DNA of 64,000 nt from Candidatus Sungiibacteriota bacterium (lineage in GTDB: Bacteria; Patescibacteriota; Minisyncoccia; Sungbacterales; JACQCQ01): assembly GCA_016201505.1 (NCBI GenBank), contig JACQCQ010000009.1, forward strand, positions 65,991 to 129,990, in the 5' to 3' direction. A program made the position numbers and the translations under genes. Under the pieces are notes generated by a model. That model did not search any database. It saw only the letters and a list, made by a program, of their open reading frames with translations, and had not been told where the DNA came from. This document shows, piece by piece, positions 63,438 through 64,000 of the stretch. How positions within the stretch are numbered: position 1 is the first letter of the stretch; every line of letters begins with the position of its first letter.

Positions 63438-64000
63438 ATGAATAAAAAACTATCAATCACAATTCTTGCCTTCACAATTCTTGTTGGGGGATATTTCTAT
63501 CTTTCCCAAAAACAGGTGTTCGATTTTTCGGGCCAGTCTTCAGGAGAAAAAACATCGGGAGGTATCGTTAATGAAGCTTTGGCGGCGCGATTCGACTACT
63601 TGAGTAAAAATGGTAATTCGTCTTGCTCCGGCGGATTCAAAGATTCCATCACCAATATGCCGGATGATGCTCGCCTGCAAGGTTCTTGTTGCAGTCCCAT
63701 GAGCATGCATCGCTACAGCGAGCAGGTTGAGGGACTAAAGAAATTCAAATCCATTGCCAGCCAGAACATCGCGGAAATTCCTGACGATCCTTATAGTGTT
63801 GAGGCAAAACTCGCGAAGCAACTGATGTCATACTACGACATGGGGCTCACGCCAGAAGAACAAAAAGCGTATGACTACGCTATGCAAAATTCCAGTGAAA
63901 AAGGCCCTTGCTGTTGCAAATGTTGGCGATGGTATGTCTATGGTGGTCTCGGCAAATTACTAATCCAAAAATATCACTTCACCGGTGAACAAGTAACTGA
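63438..64000 (+). CDS. Membrane-anchored Cys-rich hypothetical protein (partial, runs off the window)
   Basis: ATG at 63438, MNKKLSITILAFTILVGGYFY, open frame to the window end. Not in the ORF track because no stop is seen. Confidence 0.4.
   Translation, partial: MNKKLSITILAFTILVGGYFYLSQKQVFDFSGQSSGEKTSGGIVNEALAARFDYLSKNGNSSCSGGFKDSITNMPDDARLQGSCCSPMSMHRYSEQVEGLKKFKSIASQNIAEIPDDPYSVEAKLAKQLMSYYDMGLTPEEQKAYDYAMQNSSEKGPCCCKCWRWYVYGGLGKLLIQKYHFTGEQVT

Noticed and set aside
331-64000. Genome-wide TGA recoding (code 25, SR1/Gracilibacteria-like)
   Set aside because: Long housekeeping genes (hppA, pilB, hisS, infB, the YcaO gene) are intact with TGA as stop. Only two isolated in-frame TGAs were seen.

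Overview
This 64-kb window looks like part of a Candidate Phyla Radiation (Patescibacteria/Parcubacteria-like) chromosome. Gene content, gene order and the many tiny toxin-antitoxin and GIY-YIG genes point that way. TGA is used as a stop codon (standard code 11).

Core content:
- a membrane H+-pyrophosphatase and NusA;
- a type IV pilus locus (pilB, pilC, pilM, pilN, pilO, then three pilin-like genes, one of about 600 aa);
- HisRS, Pcm, Nth, HtrA, IF-2 and RbfA;
- an ECF sigma factor and a MacAB-like ABC efflux operon;
- 9 tRNAs (Arg-TCT, His, Arg-CCT, Ala, Ser, Cys, Leu, Val, plus a pseudo-fragment).

The rest is accessory and unusually rich in structure. I rank three observations highest.

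1. An accretion array of four small cassettes (with Phd/AbrB-Doc, HicBA and an RHH pseudogene) is integrated in tandem at the 3' end of nth. Each cassette boundary is a progressively decayed copy of the last ~65 bp of nth, which encodes the 4Fe-4S Cys loop. AT-rich perfect palindromes sit beside these copies.

2. Adjacent to the array is a candidate RiPP-like locus: a YcaO-domain protein, a signal-peptide-bearing small protein with a (GSTGSE)n VNTR and a C-terminal GSGCGNDCCTVF, an inactive C39-like membrane protein and a SagB-type dehydrogenase. A CapA homologue there has an in-frame TGA.

3. A secreted Ig-like surface protein gene is enclosed by 119-bp inverted repeats (about 97 percent identical). 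Directly upstream is a mosaic, frameshifted paralogue. Together they look like a phase/antigenic-variation cassette.

Further observations:
- a MITE-like family with ATCCCGTTAGA terminal inverted repeats (TIRs), inserted exactly between stop and start codons and also flanking tRNA-Ser;
- a two-hairpin RNA motif with compensatory changes, upstream of two unrelated genes;
- twin perfect palindromes bracketing a PaaX-like regulator;
- a CcdA that appears circularly permuted, in a Met/His-rich protein-TlpA-CcdA island bounded by 30-bp direct repeats at the pcm 3' end;
- tRNA-adjacent islands, including a large serine recombinase at tRNA-Val, GC-rich genes after both tRNA-Arg, and a 91-bp tandem repeat after tRNA-Ala.

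Every call was made by eye from the sequence and the ORF track. No searches were run.
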